Assembly: GCA_028534125.1 (NCBI GenBank)
Contig: CM052816.1
Coordinates: 79,114,001-79,178,000 of the forward strand
Reading direction: 5' to 3'
DNA: 64,000 nucleotides
From: Lama glama
Taxonomy: Eukaryota
A model generated the notes under the pieces. That model was given only the letters and a program-made list of their open reading frames with translations. It ran no database searches and was not told the DNA's origin. Both the position numbers and the translations under genes were made by a program. Of the stretch, positions 39,521 to 51,325 are shown piece after piece (the first letter of the stretch is position 1; every line of letters begins with the position of its first letter).

Positions 39521-40053
39521 CAATATTGTCTTTATATATTTAGGTGCTCCTATATTAGGTTAATGTATGTTAATTAAGGTTATATCCTATTCTTGTGTTG
39601 ATCCTTTTATCATTATATAATGCCCTTCTTTGTCTTTTGTTATAGACTTTGTTACAAAGTCGATTTTGTCCTGTATGAGTAGTGTGAGTAGTGTTACTCA
39701 GCTTGCTTGTCATGTCCATTCGCATGAAATATCTTTTCCCACCCCCTCACTTGCAGTCTGTGTGTGTTTTAGTTCTCAAGTGCGTCTCTTGTGGGCAGCT
39801 TGTAGATGGGTCTTGTTTCTTTAATCCAATAGCCACCCTATGTCTTTTGATTGGCATTTAAAGTGATTATTGGTCGGTATTTATTGCCATTCTGTTACTT
39901 GTTTTTTGGTTGTTTTTGTGGTGCTTCTCTGTTCTTTTCTTCTTTAGTCTTCCCTTGTGGTTTGATGATTTCTTTAGTAGTATGCTTGTGTTCCTTTCTC
40001 TCTCCTTTTTGCTCTATATGTATCATAAGTTTTTGATTTGTGGTTACCATGGG
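39521..40053 (-). mobile_element. L1 fragment (ORF2 endonuclease start and inter-ORF region), antisense
   Basis: atatatttaggtgctcctatattagg, atccttttatcattatataatgcccttctttgtct, ttttgatttgtggttaccatggg. Confidence 0.75.
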
Positions 40054-40074
40054 TTAGGGTAGGGTTAGGGTTAG
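40051..40074 (+). repeat. Short interstitial telomeric repeat GGG-TTAGGG-TAGGG-TTAGGG-TTAG
   Basis: Read directly from the sequence. Confidence 0.75.
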
Positions 40075-40567
40075 CCAAATCAATGACTGCCAAGTATTTC
40101 CCAGTAGATCCTTGAATAGAGTCGGTTATTTCACTAAGATTGGGTATGGGAGCTGTGATGTGTAGTCCCACCATTAATCTGTTCACAATTCCTACACAGA
40201 GCTGATTGGATGTCATGACTGATGTAGGCACACACGTATTAAGAGTATGAAAGGCTTATTATTCAAATAATATGGCCTTATTTTGGGAAGAACAAGGCAG
40301 GTTCTCAAGCACCTAAAAAATAGCTGTGTAGAGTAGAGAGGGATAACTAGCTTTAGTTTTTACTGTGGGTAAGGGGTTGGGGTATAGTTAGGCTTCCCCC
40401 TATTGTCTTAACTTGCATGGTTTGAAACTTCCACTTAGGGCCAGAGGAGGGAGCATGTGGACTTTCTTATCACTTTGCCCAAATTAGACACAGAAGAGGG
40501 AAAGGGAGGTAGGGCTTGAAGCCTGCCAGCAGTCAAACATCAAAAATAGACTCAGACTTTTTATTAC
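40071..40567 (-). mobile_element. ERV-L class LTR (MER74/MER73-like) with adjoining internal RT fragment
   Basis: Minus strand begins tgtaataaaaagtctgagtctatttttgatgtttgactgctgg; ORF 39974..40231 (-) contains APIPNLSEITDSIQGSTGKYLAVIDLAN, resembling the ERV-L RT motif YAAIDLAN. Confidence 0.65.
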
Positions 40568-41061
40568 ACATGGTCATTGGGAAGAAGTCAAGTTGGCGAG
40601 TAGCAGTGCAGAAGACTACTATTTTAATGAAGCCATTCAGTATTTTTCACTGAATCACAAAACTATTTGGATGTATCACTTTAAATGATGAAGTTGAATT
40701 TTTCTAAAACAGAAAGAGCAGAGGCTCTGGAATCAACCTTGACAAATTGTCTTAAACTAATTAACTTTGTTTTCTCTTCAGTAAAATAAGACAAATAGCT
40801 ATACATTCAATGAAAGCTTTAAATGAAAGTTTCCATAGCTTTAAATAGAAAAGCATTCCTGAATTATTGGAAGGTTCTCAATAAACACTTTCAGTATACG
40901 GGATCGAATGAGAAAGCAACCAGACGGAACAAAAATAGTTCAAAAGACAAAGATTCAGATAAATACAAAATTATGGCCATAATCAAATGTCGCTATTATC
41001 GCGCTGCTAATCCATGTTGTGTGGCATATTTATCTTACTTAACCCATTGGTGCTTTCTTAG

Positions 41062-41176
41062 GTTTTAAAGAGGGTGAGAAATCATACAATGTCATTAACT
41101 GGCTTCTACCTGAAGATTTTAACAAGGAATTTAAGAAGTCCTTTGATTTCTTTATGGAAGAAACTTTGGGAGGCAG
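41062..41176 (+). CDS. UGT3A2: UGT3A copy A exon 3 (GFKEGEKSYNVINWLLPEDFNKEFKKSFDFFMEETLGGR)
   Basis: ttcttag acceptor, gtaatg donor, 115 nt; EFKKSFDFF.EETLGGR resembles recalled human UGT3A2. Confidence 0.88.
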
Positions 41177-41699
41177 GTAATGTTTTAAATTTTTGAACTA
41201 AGGAGTCAAAATGTTGGTAATATAAGTGAATGGGTGGATGCTTGTACTGAGGATTTGACAAAGGGATGGTTGGATGAATGGAGAGAGGGATGGAGGTGGG
41301 GCTGGATGATGGGTGAATAGTTGGGTAAACAAGTGTTTCACACCAAATCATCCGTTCCAGCCACTGGAGATTTTTCTTGCTCTGTTTTTTCTCTCTTCCA
41401 TTGTAAACACAAAGGTACTTGTGTAGCAAGTTGGGGGTAGCTTCTCCTGGGACTTCTTCGCAACACTTCACTTACAATTTTTGTCTATATTCTCGCAACA
41501 CAGAAGCATAGGCACCTCAACCTCTCATTGTTGGTAGCTAAATTAAAGATACCTTTTCCACTTATTTTTCTTCCTTTATCCTCACATGTATCTAGGGGAG
41601 ACTTTTAAACAATGGTTTTGTAGAAGTTGAACATCTGGCCATGTAAAGCCCTTTTAAAAAGCAATCAACCTTGTGCAAAATAAGACATGAAGCTGATTC

Positions 41700-42192
41700 C
41701 TACGACTAAAAAAAAAACATGCACACTGTGAGAGTTGTGAGTCAAGTTTTATTTGGGGCAAAATGAGGACTGTAGCCTGGGAGACAGCATTTCAGACAGC
41801 TCTGAGGAACTGCTCCAAGAGGTAGGGGGAAGGTCAGTATATGTGTGATTTCGGTGAAGGGGGGTACATGCAATCAAAGACACTTTTTTTGCAGGAGGTT
41901 GCTGCTAGTCGTGAGGAACAGAGGGCTCCGTTGATGATTTTAGTGATTTTCTAGCTATGAGATGATGCAAGAATTTTGACACCTAAAATCTCCTCTGGAA
42001 ACTATCTAACGACCCGAAGGCCTGTTCTGCCAGTTTCCCAGAGCACAGAGCACCTCATTCCTGATCTCCACCCTGAACGCCTTTCAGGGTGTGTGCAGCA
42101 GCTCATGATCCAATCCCTGTAGAGGTAGATGGCAAGGGCCAGCGTGATTCATTCCTTGTAGAGACATTTGGCAAGTGCCAGTCTCCAGCTGG
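41700..42192 (-). mobile_element. Solo ERV1-type LTR (cetartiodactyl MER41-like)
   Basis: gagagttgtgagtcaagttttatttggggcaaaatgaggactgtagcctgggagacagcatttcag...cctgatctccaccctgaac; antisense AATAAA; family assignment from recall. Confidence 0.65.
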
Positions 42193-43818
42193 CTCTCTTT
42201 TTGCTTCATCTGGAGTGGAAAGGAACATGTAATTCCTTAATCTTAGACATAAAAGTGGAACGGCAGAAGAGATCCATGTCTATCTTGGTTAATGACAGAA
42301 GACTCATTCCTTCTTTTTTTCTTGAAAATCTACTTGCTAACCAAGGTAACTGCTCAAATCTGGCTATTTCCAGAAAGCCTCCATTCCTCACTCAAACTGG
42401 AAGACCACAGTCCCTCTGGTATAGGTCTGATCTAACCTACGTCTGACACTTAATGTATATTGTCTCATGATGTTAGTTATATACTGTAAGTATATGATTT
42501 GTCTACTCTCCCCAATTTAATATTTTTGAGGACAGATATAGGTAACCATGCATTCTTGAAATTTTTCTATTTATTAGCTAAATTTTGACTACGATTAATG
42601 AGCTATATTCTAGGATTTTTATAGCATTAGTGAAATTATCCCAAAATTTTGGTAACCACTCCTTTGTTATGTGAAATCCTTAAAAATACACTGTAGAAGA
42701 TGATTTGAGCTGGTCACTCCCATTGTGTGACTTGAAGTTAACCCTAAGAATTAGATAGAGACCCGCATATTGAAAATGATGTCTCAGTCTCTGGACCTTC
42801 TCTGTCTGAGGCGCAACAGTGCAGTGGTGGACAGTTATAGCTATGCCAGAATACTGGTCCTCTTGGTCCTTCAGGTAGCCCGGAGACCTCTGATGTCTTG
42901 AGTCCTTGCATTTGTTAGCTCTGGTACCTTAAAGTGCAAATGGCTATCCTCATCTATTTCCCCATATGTTGTACAAACAGGAAACAGCCATATTCTATCC
43001 AGGCAGTGATGGGAAAGCATTGCAGGAAGACAGGTTCCTAGAATAATCCCACAGGCAATGTATTCATTACATGTCAGTAAGCTTTGCCATTATCTTCTCT
43101 GGATGCCTCAGCCTGCATTGAAGTGGAAAGACTAACGTGTTTCAAAATCAGGATTTTTTTCTTTGCTTAATCTGTGGGCATAGAAACCTGAAATTCCCAC
43201 TTTAAGCTGAGATTTTGAGTTCTAATATGACCAAAGATTCCCTTGGGTGAGGAAATCTGCCATACATGATTACACAGTAATTTTTTAAAAAATAGCCTAT
43301 ATTGTCAATATGTATGGGATGGTGCCACCAAGTGACTTCCACAGTTTTGCTAAGTGAACAAGAAAACCATTCATAAAGAAAAGTTCAGTATGTAAATGAA
43401 GTTTAAAGAGAACATCACAGAATTTATCAAGTAGAAAGAGATCTGTGAGGTCTGCCACGGGCCCAGGTCCCAATGATGGCAATCAGTTTTCAGTTGGCAT
43501 AATTCATCTGTGCCCGTGAATTTCAGGAATTGAGAATTCAAACATATATTTTCTAAGAGCTGGCACAGACAGTGCTGGGGATTTGGATAAGCAAGGAAAG
43601 GGAGAGAGAAGGAAGGGGACCTTCTCGAGAGAAAACATCTGCCCAGAGTGACCGGAAAGAGGGTACCGATCTATGAACAGTGGTCGACTAAGATGGATAC
43701 CGCTAGGTGTGGTCTGTCTTTCCTAGGATATTTCCTTTGTAGCCCAAGATTCTTTTATGTATTGTGGTATTAACACCTCCAATGAATATTTATCATTTAT
43801 TATTATTTTTTCTTACAG

Positions 43819-44350
43819 AAGCACATTTGAGCACTATTTCAATATTTTGGAACAACTAGGGCTTCAGTGCAGTCATTTGCTCAGGAGACATGATATCATG
43901 AATTCTTTAAAGAATGAGAACTTCGACTTGGTGGTAGTTGAAACTTTTGACTATTGTCCTTTCCTGGTTGCTGAGAAGCTTGGGAGGCCATTTGTGTCCT
44001 TTCTCCCTACCTCATTTGGCACTGTGGACTTCGGGCCACCAAGCCCCCTGTCTTATGTACCCGTATTCCATTCCTTGTTAACTGACCGCATGGACTTCTG
44101 GGGCCGAGTAAAGAATTTCCTGATGTTCTTTAATTTCTGCATGAGGCAACGGCGAATCCATTCTGCCTTTGACAAGACCATCAAGGAGCATTTCCCAGAA
44201 GGCCCAAGGCCAGTTTTGTCTCATCTCCTAAAGAAAGCAGAGCTGTGGTTTGTTAACTCCGACTTTGCCTTTGAATTTGCTCGGCCTCTGCTTCCCAACA
44301 CTGTGTATGTTGGAGGCTTATTGGCCAAACCTATTAAACCAGTGCCACAG
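43819..44350 (+). CDS. UGT3A2: UGT3A copy A exon 4 (STFEHYFNILEQLGLQCSHLL...DLVVVETFDYC...KPIKPVPQ)
   Basis: ttacag acceptor, gtaagt donor, 532 nt open (ORF 43757..44365); exons 1-4 total 843 nt in frame. Confidence 0.9.
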
Positions 44351-45888
44351 GTAAGTCAAGTTTGAGCCCTTGATATGGATTTCACGCAGAGGTCCTCGGG
44401 GCAGAGCTGGTGGCTGTCCCCGCCACTGGGATCCTGGGTACAAGGTGAGTTAAGTGAGACACCAGGCCACACTTTTACAGGAAGTACTGACTTTCACTGT
44501 CATGCGAACGCAGAGTTAGGACTTAGACAATTCTGAGATTGACCTCCTTAAATACTATACCCGGGGCCCTCTCTCGCCTCACTGCAGTCCTGGCCCTGGT
44601 TGGATAAGCCTTGTGGTAAGTTGATGTTTACATTTTCATTGTGCGTGATCATATCATGCAAGAATTGTTAAGGGGATGAGTTACTGATGGAGAAACACAC
44701 AACACTGTGAGACAGGGTGTGATCAAGGCGGGACTGTGCGGGACCCATAGTGAGAATGCAGGCATTGTCTCCAGCATCCCCAGACTGTAGAGCCCTGGTC
44801 CTTAACTCCACCTAGGCCTCCTGATGTGACTGATCTGGGGTCAGGCCTGGGCATTGTAAATTGCAAAACTGTCCAATCCATTTGAATACATAAGACTCAG
44901 AACCACTGCTGCAGAAGTTTTCAAAATGGAAGGAAAGCTAAGATGAATTGCCTGCCTCTTACCTATCCGCACAGGCTTGCAATTTTGTGGAATTTATCTT
45001 TTTCACTCTCTTGCCACCCAGAGGGAAGTATGATGACCTGCACTTTTATAAATGCGGGGACAGAGGCTCAGGTGGTACACATGGCTCTCCCACTACCATT
45101 TATTTCAGAGCCAGAAAGAGCCCTGATTTGGCCTGAGCTACTGACCTTGCATTGAGTGAGCAGGAAGAGCTGGGGAGCGATCCACGGGCTAGATGGACTC
45201 TGAGTTGATGGCAGGATTTTTTTTGAATGGAGCTGGGAGGGAATATGTTCTGGATGGAGATAACAGGGGCCCCAAAGTGTGAAGATAGACGTGAGATGTT
45301 TCTGGGTTCCCTGGGTGATGCTGGCTGGATGAGGGAGTGGAAGATGCAGTCGTACAAACACAGCCAGGCTGGTGGAAGCTTCATTGACAGGAGGGCAGGC
45401 CAGCCTTGGCCACAGGGCAGGGGGAGGGAGTTGTTAAGCAAGGGCATATTGGGAGTAAGGATTGTAATGGTTGTGAGATAACAGAGGCTTTATTCAAAAC
45501 ATTTTCTCCTCTGCATTTTCCAATTTTTATGTAATGGTTTTACATTGCTTTTAAATTATAACAGGATGACAATGCTGTTGTCAAACTGGTCCTTTAAGAT
45601 GGTAAATCAGGCAGTGTTATGGGAGATGGAACCAACCCAATAGGGTAAAGGTCTAGGAGCTGGGGTTCAGGGAGCCACAGAAGTCCAGAGAGAGTCAGGA
45701 TCCAGAGAAGTATTTGGAAGAACTGACAAAATGTGTTAAAGCCAAGATGACAACATTAGGTCACAACTGTCCTTCAGAACTGCCTGGGGGACTTGAAAAA
45801 ATAAGCTGTCCAGGTCTGGGACTGGGACTGGGCATTTCTGCTTTTACAAACATCTTCCCACGTGAATATGCTGTGCAGCCATATGACC

Positions 45889-46388
45889 NNNNNNNNNNNN
45901 NNNNNNNNNNNNNNNNNNNNNNNNNNNNNNNNNNNNNNNNNNNNNNNNNNNNNNNNNNNNNNNNNNNNNNNNNNNNNNNNNNNNNNNNNNNNNNNNNNNN
46001 NNNNNNNNNNNNNNNNNNNNNNNNNNNNNNNNNNNNNNNNNNNNNNNNNNNNNNNNNNNNNNNNNNNNNNNNNNNNNNNNNNNNNNNNNNNNNNNNNNNN
46101 NNNNNNNNNNNNNNNNNNNNNNNNNNNNNNNNNNNNNNNNNNNNNNNNNNNNNNNNNNNNNNNNNNNNNNNNNNNNNNNNNNNNNNNNNNNNNNNNNNNN
46201 NNNNNNNNNNNNNNNNNNNNNNNNNNNNNNNNNNNNNNNNNNNNNNNNNNNNNNNNNNNNNNNNNNNNNNNNNNNNNNNNNNNNNNNNNNNNNNNNNNNN
46301 NNNNNNNNNNNNNNNNNNNNNNNNNNNNNNNNNNNNNNNNNNNNNNNNNNNNNNNNNNNNNNNNNNNNNNNNNNNNNNNNNNNNNNNN
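45889..46388. other. Assembly gap, exactly 500 N
   Basis: Read directly; the round size suggests a placeholder of unknown true length. Confidence 0.99.
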
Positions 46389-47538
46389 GGTCTGTGCCCC
46401 GAGTCCCCTCCCGCACAGAGCACCGCCTTTGCTGGTCAGGCAGGAGCCTGCCTTTGGTCCCCTGCTGACGCCGTTTGTGTCCCACACTTCACACTCCCCT
46501 CCTCAAGATTCCCGCTGGAATGAGTGGGGCCACGGAGACCTAAGTGGAGGAATGGAACCTGCGTGCAAGGAAGGCTTGGGGGCCTCAGGTCCGGTGGCTA
46601 CGGCCCTGCCTTGAACTCTTGATTTACTAAACATTCCATCTGTCACCCCCACGTAGTAGAGAACACCCGTACATGGCAAACCCTTAGGGATTACATTCGG
46701 TTCACAGTAACAGAAACAAGAAAAAGTGTAGCTTAAACTCTAGGGTTTTGAATTGTCTGTTTGGTGTTTCTTTCTTCAGCAAAACCTGGTTGCAGCAAGG
46801 AGTGCTGGTTTAGTGGCTCTTTTATGTTTACAGGTTTCTCTTTTCTCTCTCCCTCCATGTATGTGTATATTTACAATTTTATCATTTTTTTTAAACTTTT
46901 GTTCTTTCTTCCTAAATTCAAGCACAAAACTGTCTCTTGTATATGGTTTTCATTGAAATGTTTCATCTTCAAATGATTATATTCTCATATTTGCTTCTTC
47001 TTTCTCAGGTGGAATTAAATTCCTCCCTAAAATTTTCAAATACATGGTATCTGATGGTTAAAAATATAGGGAGGAAATGTTAGACGTATGGAGTGGCTCC
47101 AGGAGGACCATAGTTTTTGATTGCTCTAGGTTCGTTAAACAGATCGTGCGATGATTAAAAAGAAAAAATTGGCACAGCTGCTAGAAATACTTCCTCCCCC
47201 ACCCAGCAGGAAGCTCGTCCCTTAACATCTGGTAAGTCACTGGGGCCAACTCGGTGGCAGGTGCTTGCTTAGGCCAACCCCCACTCCTGAAATCTGATCA
47301 GCTGCCGCCAGTGAGCTGTGGACAACGATGCCTCTAGTTTTTTCCCTCCAAGCATCCTCCACAGGCCTGCCAGCACAGTCTTGGGGACCTGGAAACCTGA
47401 TCTCACAACTCCCTACTTGAAACCCTTTGTTGGCTCCCACTGCACGGAATACAAGGCCTCTGGGATTCATCTCTGTTTACCGCTGTCGGTCCATCTTCAG
47501 TGACCCTCCCCTTGCCCATTTCCAGTGAACACTACACC

Positions 47539-48015
47539 TGTTAAAGAGAAATTATGCTGACACTTGTTAACCCTGTCAAGGTAGACTTTGTCCAAGATTA
47601 TTACAACAGGGAAGAGAAACTGGAATCCAAGTGCAGCAGGGGCAGCTGGGGATTCATAGCCAATAAGCAGAATGAGGGAGTGTTAAAAAAATTACTTAAT
47701 GATTCTGACAAAGGTGGTGAGGAAGGCTTCATTCATAGGGGGGTGAGGTGGGGGGGGGATTATCTTGATGGGTGTAGGGATCAGTACATCATTGCCCTGC
47801 AGTGGGGGAGAGAGATTGGACTCAACTCTAACCAAACAAGGAAAAGTGGGGATTTTAGCCAAGGGGGTGAGTAGGGGTCAGTGAATGGAAAATTACTGTG
47901 AAGAGACATCAGCAGTAAAGGAGAGATTCTAGCTAAATTTGCCCGCAGGATTCTTGCTGAGAGGCAGGCCGGGGTGAACAGACCCCACGTGGGCGACAGT
48001 GAAGGATAAGGGACT
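47539..48015. mobile_element. Old LTR relic (MER31/MER67-like), with two similar starts
   Basis: tgttaaagagaaattatgctgacacttgttaa and ggagagagattggactcaactc...ggggtcagtgaatggaaaattact; family from recall. Confidence 0.5.
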
Positions 48016-48289
48016 AATAATGAGACGGAAACATAGGTATCAACATGGAAAGATGTCCAAGTTATAGCCGAGTGGGGGAAACAAAAGTTGTGTGACACTA
48101 TGTATAGTGTGATTCCATTTATAAATGTTTAGAGGAACTGAAAGAGACTTACCAAATACCCCCAGAGGATTCTGACAAACATGTGCAGAACCTTTGGCCA
48201 ATGAGATCTCCTAAGAGTCTGATTCTTAAATTCAAGTCCTGACTCTACCACACTGCTTAACCCTTTCGTGCCTCAGTTTCTTTTCTTTT

Positions 48290-48640
48290 TTCCTTCCAGT
48301 TTTACTGAAATATAATTGACATACAGCACTGTGTACATTGAAGCTGTACAGCATACTGGTCTGACCTTCTTCCATCATGAAATGACGACTACCACACATC
48401 ACCTCATATACAAAACTAAAGAAATAGAAAACACGATTTTCTCCTGTGATGAGAACTCTTAGGATTTACTCTCTTAACTTTCATATATAACATATAGCAG
48501 TGTTAACTATATTTATCATGTTGCACTTTACATCCTTAGTACTGAGTTAGCGTATAACCGGAAGCTTGTGCCTTTTGACTACCTTCATCCAGTTCCTCCT
48601 TCCTGCAGCCCCACTTTTGGTGACCACAAATCCGATCCAA
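48290..48640 (-). mobile_element. L1 3'-end fragment, antisense
   Basis: ccagttttactgaaatataattgacatacagcactg...gtgatgagaactcttaggatttactctct. Confidence 0.75.
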
Positions 48641-48779
48641 CAATTGCCTTTTGAACGCAGTACTTTGGATATTTGTGTTGTGGGGATGAAGAAAAAAAGA
48701 GCTGCAAAAAATCTTGTACTCTATTGAGCAGTTTTGTTTTTCACAGTCGGTGGATTACTGCATCAGAACCTTCTTTCAG

Positions 48780-50000
48780 TGCACAGTACAGCCGAGCAAA
48801 TCTGTGACTATACCACAGAGGCTGGGAGTCAGATTTCTTGACTTTGAAAAGGGGAGTTACAAATACGGAAATGGGAAGATTAGACTCATTGCTGTGGTTG
48901 GCATTCAAATTGAAGGCATCAGTGTGAATTTATAAGCTTTATAAACTAAATATAAATATAGCTATAGAGAGAGGATATAATATGGTATTTATATTCAAAT
49001 CTATACCTATGTATTTCATAACTCTGTCCATTGGGAAGGGATATAAACAGTCGTGCTTCATTAGCAGTGAGCATTCTGAGCAACCATATGCAGATTTCTA
49101 AATACCATTCCCTACTGAAAAGTTTGCTTGAGAACTGGATGATTTTAAGACAGAGACAAGGAAAGTACAAGATGAGTCTGGAAATCATGTGCAAGAAAGA
49201 AAGAAAAAGCTCTAAAATAAATAATGATGGTAAGAGAGTATATTCCATTGAATAGATATAGACCCAGGAGTAAATACTGATAATAAATAAATAGCTATAG
49301 ACAGATAGATAATTAAATAGATGGGGTAGAAGGCAAAACTTTTTGTAACAAACTTTTTATATGCCATACAGTAAATGAAGACAGAGAATGGAGTTAACAA
49401 TCATTAATTTGCCAATACAGTAAAAGTTTATTTAGGCAAGAAGTAGAAAAGATGATAAAATGAATGAGTGAAGTTTGCTGAAGAACAGAATATTTACACA
49501 GTTTCAAAATGTCTCCCTACAACTTCTTTCCTAATTTAGGGTAAAAAGAATAATTTTAAAGTTGGAAGTTTTGGTGGACACTGCCTTAAACAAGTGATCA
49601 AAATTATTGTAATGAATAATAGGACAATCTGTCATCATGTGCTTCCTATTGTGATTCACTGAGATAGAATCAACACTACTTTTGTAGTATTTCTGCCAAA
49701 ACCTTGTAACCCAAAGTATAATAAGAAAACATCAGACAAACCCAAATTGAGGGCCATTTTACAAAATAAATGGTTTGTACTCTTTAATGTCAATGACATG
49801 AAAGACAAAGAAAGGCTGAGAAATCAATCTGTACTAAAGGAGATGTAACAGACAAGACAACTAAATGCAACGTGTGATCCTGGATTGGTTCCTGAACCAG
49901 AAACTAATATTACAGCATAGGATATCACTGGGACAATTGGTAGTGTATGAATAAAGTTTGTAGATAAGGTAATGTGATTGCATAAATGTTAAATGGTACC
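48780..50000 (+). mobile_element. Old L1MC-like 3' UTR relic
   Basis: catcagacaaacccaaattgagggccattttacaaaata, acaactaaatgcaacgtgtgatcctggattgg. Confidence 0.6.
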
Positions 50001-50859
50001 TTCATAATGCAGATTAATTTTTTCACTGAGAAGACATATCCAAAAAGATGATAACTGTCAATGAATATGCATGTAATCACATAACCTCAAAGTGTATAGC
50101 CCAAACACGGAGAGATTTACAAGAAGGAAAAAAAATGAAATAATATTGGGAGAGTTTTAAAAACTTCCTAAAGAAAAATTTCATATATTTATAAAGGTAG
50201 AACTTCTTGGTGCCCACCAGTTCTATTCTGTGATTCTCATTCAGAATTACAGTCTCAGCTTTAGAAGAAGTTCAGTCCTCCAGGGAAAGACCCGGATTCT
50301 AGAGGTGCTTAACACAGTCCACTAGCACCTTTCATGAATAAGTTACTTTCCAAAGAAACTCTCTGAACAATAAATGCAGGTCATTTTCCTCTGGGAATCA
50401 GCTTCTGAGATCTTGAGCTTGAGACACCAGCAGAGATTTTAAGCAGTTACCTGGGGAAATGAGGCATATAGATGGCCCTATGAGATCATTAGAGCAGTTC
50501 GAAAGGAGATAGGGTCCCATTACTTCTGGATGGATCCCTAAAAGGGCGCTGGGTCTGAATTACTTACAGATGGAATTTTCTTCGATGTGATTTCCTAAGG
50601 TCCCTACCATTCCTGGTTCAGAGTATTTTCAGTGTGGAGGATATAGTGTTAACGTGGAAAAGAGAGGCATTACGGAGCAGTTCACTAACAGAGCAGTTCA
50701 CTAACCCCTCCTTCCTGTTGACCATATTTAAAGAGGGTGCGGACAGAATATCCAATGTGTATTTATGTAAGGAGGAAAGGCCAAAGGGCAAGAGAGGATA
50801 AACAGAAGGGAAGACGGGGCAGGATAGTTTCTTACCTCCCAGCAGGCTCCCAGCCCAAG

Positions 50860-51325
50860 CCTTTCCTTCACCTCCTACGCGCCGCCTGCCCGGAGCGCGC
50901 ACAGGTTCCTGTGACCCGCGCGGTGCGCGCAGCACTGGGCTCCGCACCTCAGCTCCTGCAGAAGCGAGGATGGGGGAGCAGCGGGTGCTGCTTCTAGTCG
51001 GATTCCTACTGCCTGGGCTCCTGCTCTCGGAGGCCGCCAAAATCCTGACTGTATCCTTGTTGGGTAAGTGCTTGGCCGGGAGGACGTAGACAGGCATGTC
51101 CCAGGCTGCCGTGCCAGAGCTCAAGCCAACAGCCACTTGGAGGATCATTTCGTGTGGTTTTCCAGACTGGGCTTGGATACCAGGCTGGAGGCGGGAGAGA
51201 CTGGCAAGGGCTGTGGAGCGGAGAGAGGACTACCCCACTGAGGTGAAATTATTTCTGGAGAAAAGAGCAGTTTCCTTTCCTCTTTTTCTTTGTTCTGGAT
51301 GCGCATCCCGGTGCGCACAGCCAGG
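50860..51325 (+). promoter_or_regulatory. CpG-rich promoter/first-exon region of UGT3A copy B
   Basis: CpG cluster (cgcgccgcctgcccggagcgcgc...cccgcgcggtgcgcgc); upstream ~50230-50970 is visibly paralogous to ~32100-32830. Confidence 0.75.
50970..51063 (+). CDS. UGT3A1: UGT3A copy B (UGT3A1-like) exon 1 (MGEQRVLLLVGFLLPGLLLSEAAKILTVSLL)
   Basis: ATG 50970, gtaagt donor, 94 nt; 12 mismatches to copy A exon 1; the A1 label is tentative. Confidence 0.82.

Noticed and set aside
45714..46614. Five long ORFs of 213-269 aa
   Set aside because: They are open only because they span the 500-N gap.
50618..51148. 176-aa antisense ORF across copy B exon 1
   Set aside because: Typical stop-poor frame in a CpG-rich region; no recognisable motif.
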